From a virus (taxonomy: Duplodnaviria > Caudoviricetes): a DNA stretch of 64,000 nt. Position numbers and translations under genes: made by a program. The stretch is taken from IMG/VR virus record IMGVR_UViG_3300048502_000015, positions 64,001 to 128,000 of that record, one strand, 5' to 3'. Shown here piece after piece: positions 62,102 to 64,000 of this stretch. The notes under the pieces are model-generated. The model worked only from the letters and a program-made list of their open reading frames with translations. It had not been told where the DNA came from and searched no databases. The stretch's first letter is position 1. Each line of letters begins with the position of its first letter.

Positions 62102-62908
62102 CTAGTAGATCGAAAGGGATGCGGTAATTCGAGCTTCGTTATCTTCTCCACGAATTTCTCGAATTTGCTTTACCTTGAATCCAGCTTCGGCAGCCAAACT
62201 ACGAAGTTCAGCCTGAGCCTCATCCATTGAGTTAGTTCCAAGAGGCTCATTAACTCTGAATGAAGCAACCTTTCCGGCGATATGAGCAAACGGATTAGTT
62301 GAAGCAAATGCCGGAGCACCTAGAGGAGTTCCACCGCCAGGAGTATCTCCCGGATGAAGAGGATGCTTAGTATCGCCCGGAGGAGGACCGCTTGGCGGAC
62401 CAGGAGGGCCTGCATCAGGACCAGGAGGCGGTGGACCGTCATCGCCAGGGACAGGACTATCGGCTGGATTTCCGCCGGGAAGCTGGACACCAAGAGCTAG
62501 ACATAGAGCCTGAAGCATTTGATGGACTTCAGTAATCTCCTTGTGCTCTCCACCCTTGTCGCCCTTTTCCTTCTTAGGCTTATCTTCGCCTGAGTCGTCA
62601 CCTTCGTCGGAACCGTCATCAGGAGATGGAGGACCATCAGTTTCGGGAGCTTCGTCGGACGGATCAGAATCCGGAGGACCATCACTAGGAGGCGGTCCAG
62701 CCTCTTCCTCGCCGCCTGCTGGAGGGAATGGCGCAGCAACCGCGATAGACGCAACCCAGCGACCCTCAACATCTTCAACGTTGAAATCAACATTACCAGT
62801 TTTAGGGAAATCGGGATGTTGCTTCAAGCCTTCAATAGCTTGAGAACGAGTGTACTTCGAGGTATAAGGGCCAGGGATTAGATAACTTGTAACTTTGGTT
62901 TGAGCCAT
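62102..62908 (-). CDS. Pro/Asp-rich late protein (probably head-associated)
   Basis: Low-complexity linker; late motif atC-acgaaag-TAAT-acac-GA at 62929-62910. Confidence 0.7.
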   Translation of the reverse strand: MAQTKVTSYLIPGPYTSKYTRSQAIEGLKQHPDFPKTGNVDFNVEDVEGRWVASIAVAAPFPPAGGEEEAGPPPSDGPPDSDPSDEAPETDGPPSPDDGSDEGDDSGEDKPKKEKGDKGGEHKEITEVHQMLQALCLALGVQLPGGNPADSPVPGDDGPPPPGPDAGPPGPPSGPPPGDTKHPLHPGDTPGGGTPLGAPAFASTNPFAHIAGKVASFRVNEPLGTNSMDEAQAELRSLAAEAGFKVKQIREIRGEDNEARITASLSIY

Positions 62909-62955
62909 ATCGTGTATTACTTTCGTGATTTGGTAGTTTTGATAGTGTTAGGTCT

Positions 62956-63177
62956 TTAAGTTCCGACTTGACCACTACCAGGAAGGTTGATGATCTTAGG
63001 ACCAACTGCCCCTGTTCGACTATAACGGTCGGTTTCTGGGGTTCGTCCTGATCGCTCTTCGCTTAAGGTATAATGACGCTGCTGTACTGGGGCTTTGCCG
63101 TGGCAAATTCCACATTCTGCAAATGGAATTCCTACTCTGCCGCAAACGCCGCATTCGGTTTCTTCTTGTTCTGACAT
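62956..63177 (-). CDS. Small zinc-ribbon protein
   Basis: CGVC...CGIC; AAGGA RBS. Confidence 0.6.
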   Translation of the reverse strand: MSEQEETECGVCGRVGIPFAECGICHGKAPVQQRHYTLSEERSGRTPETDRYSRTGAVGPKIINLPGSGQVGT

Positions 63178-63196
63178 TACTTTCCTTACTTGTTGT

Positions 63197-64000
63197 TTAT
63201 AAACCGAAGACTAAATGTGCTTCGGGGGCGTTTTCGCCATTAGCTTTTCCGGTACTATCCCACTTGGTTTCGTAGTGGGTGTGGCTCAAGTCCAAAAGGT
63301 CTGAGTTACGAGCCAATCCTTGTTCGTCAATTAAAGCTCTCTGTTCTGCTGGAGAATGCTTTCTTCCAGACGTTCTGAGAAATTCTTCTGCGTTTTGCTT
63401 ATTCTGTCTCAAGCGTTCGCTGATTTCTGCAAGACGAGGATCTTTGGCTGCGATATCAGAAATGTTTCTGGAAGAAGTTCCCGAAGCTCTCATTTGAGAG
63501 GCCCGATCCATCCCGGCCCAGAAATCATCCTGACCGTTACTTTCGTTTAGCCAACTTAGGTCAATACTTGACTGGTGCCCGTAATCTTCGATTGGGGTTT
63601 CCCAAACTTTCTCGCATCTATAGCAAGTGTGCATTTCTCGTGTTTCGGAGGCATATCGGTGTTCGATATCATGGCTTGAACATTTTGGACAAACATCAGA
63701 ATCAAACTCGTATTGGCCTACAGAAGATATTGCCGTCTGACTCGGATAGCTATTTTCTACCTCATCGGTTGTCTGACTTGCTGGACCAACTTGAGACTGG
63801 CCCGGAGTTGTTGGAGGCGGCTGTTGATCTTGTTGTTCGTTCTGAGTCGGAATAAACGTAATTGAATCCATCTTAGCCCGCTGTTGAGTAAGCTTGATGT
63901 CGGGGGAGTTATCGCCCTGTTCATTACTAAACTGGCCAACAAGCTTTAATCCGACTTCATTTGGATGGATGAATACGACCTTAACGATATCCGGAATCTC
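63197..64000 (-). CDS. Head-region protein, 5'-truncated by the window edge
   Basis: The frame of 63197..63871 stays open to position 64000; CPKC...CYRC. Confidence 0.7.
   Translation of the reverse strand, partial: EIPDIVKVVFIHPNEVGLKLVGQFSNEQGDNSPDIKLTQQRAKMDSITFIPTQNEQQDQQPPPTTPGQSQVGPASQTTDEVENSYPSQTAISSVGQYEFDSDVCPKCSSHDIEHRYASETREMHTCYRCEKVWETPIEDYGHQSSIDLSWLNESNGQDDFWAGMDRASQMRASGTSSRNISDIAAKDPRLAEISERLRQNKQNAEEFLRTSGRKHSPAEQRALIDEQGLARNSDLLDLSHTHYETKWDSTGKANGENAPEAHLVFGL

Noticed and set aside
62340-62730. GC-rich quasi-repeats
   Set aside because: They are explained by Pro/Gly/Asp low-complexity coding and are not a DNA repeat array.
1-64000. tRNA genes, integrase/att sites, transposases, reverse transcriptase, alternative genetic code
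   Set aside because: Intergenic gaps are short with no cloverleaf seen, no such ORFs were recognised, and all three stop codons end genes normally at high coding density.

Overview
The window is about 64 kb of a large, apparently lytic contractile-tailed phage (myovirus). The major capsid protein, the long protease/scaffold protein and the tail module resemble Bxz1/Rhodococcus E3-type actinophages, recognised from memory and not searched. Pervasive leaderless extended -10 promoters fit an actinobacterial host. Layout: (1) a plus-strand replication/recombination module at 0.26-17 kb (DnaC-like loader, DnaB, primase, SSB-like protein, RNase H, DnaE, RecA, three nucleases, sigma region-4-like protein, SNF2 helicase); (2) a minus-strand baseplate/tail/neck module at 17-38.9 kb; (3) a mostly plus-strand accessory region at 39-57.4 kb (metallophosphoesterases, macrodomain remnant, putative lysis cassette, UvrD-like helicase, ATP-dependent ligase, PnuC and NadR, HNH-Mom fusion); (4) minus-strand head genes at 57.4-64 kb. 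The most notable observations are a single-polypeptide HNH nuclease fused to a Mom-family DNA-modifying domain behind a perfect consensus promoter, a recurring phage late-promoter motif C-N6-R-TAAT-N3-Y-GA, a RuvC gene with no canonical start codon, twin -1 slippery sites in the tail chaperone gene, and a switch-like RNA leader ahead of a 3D-domain gene. No tRNA, rRNA, CRISPR array, integrase or transposase was seen. All family assignments come from motif recognition by eye.
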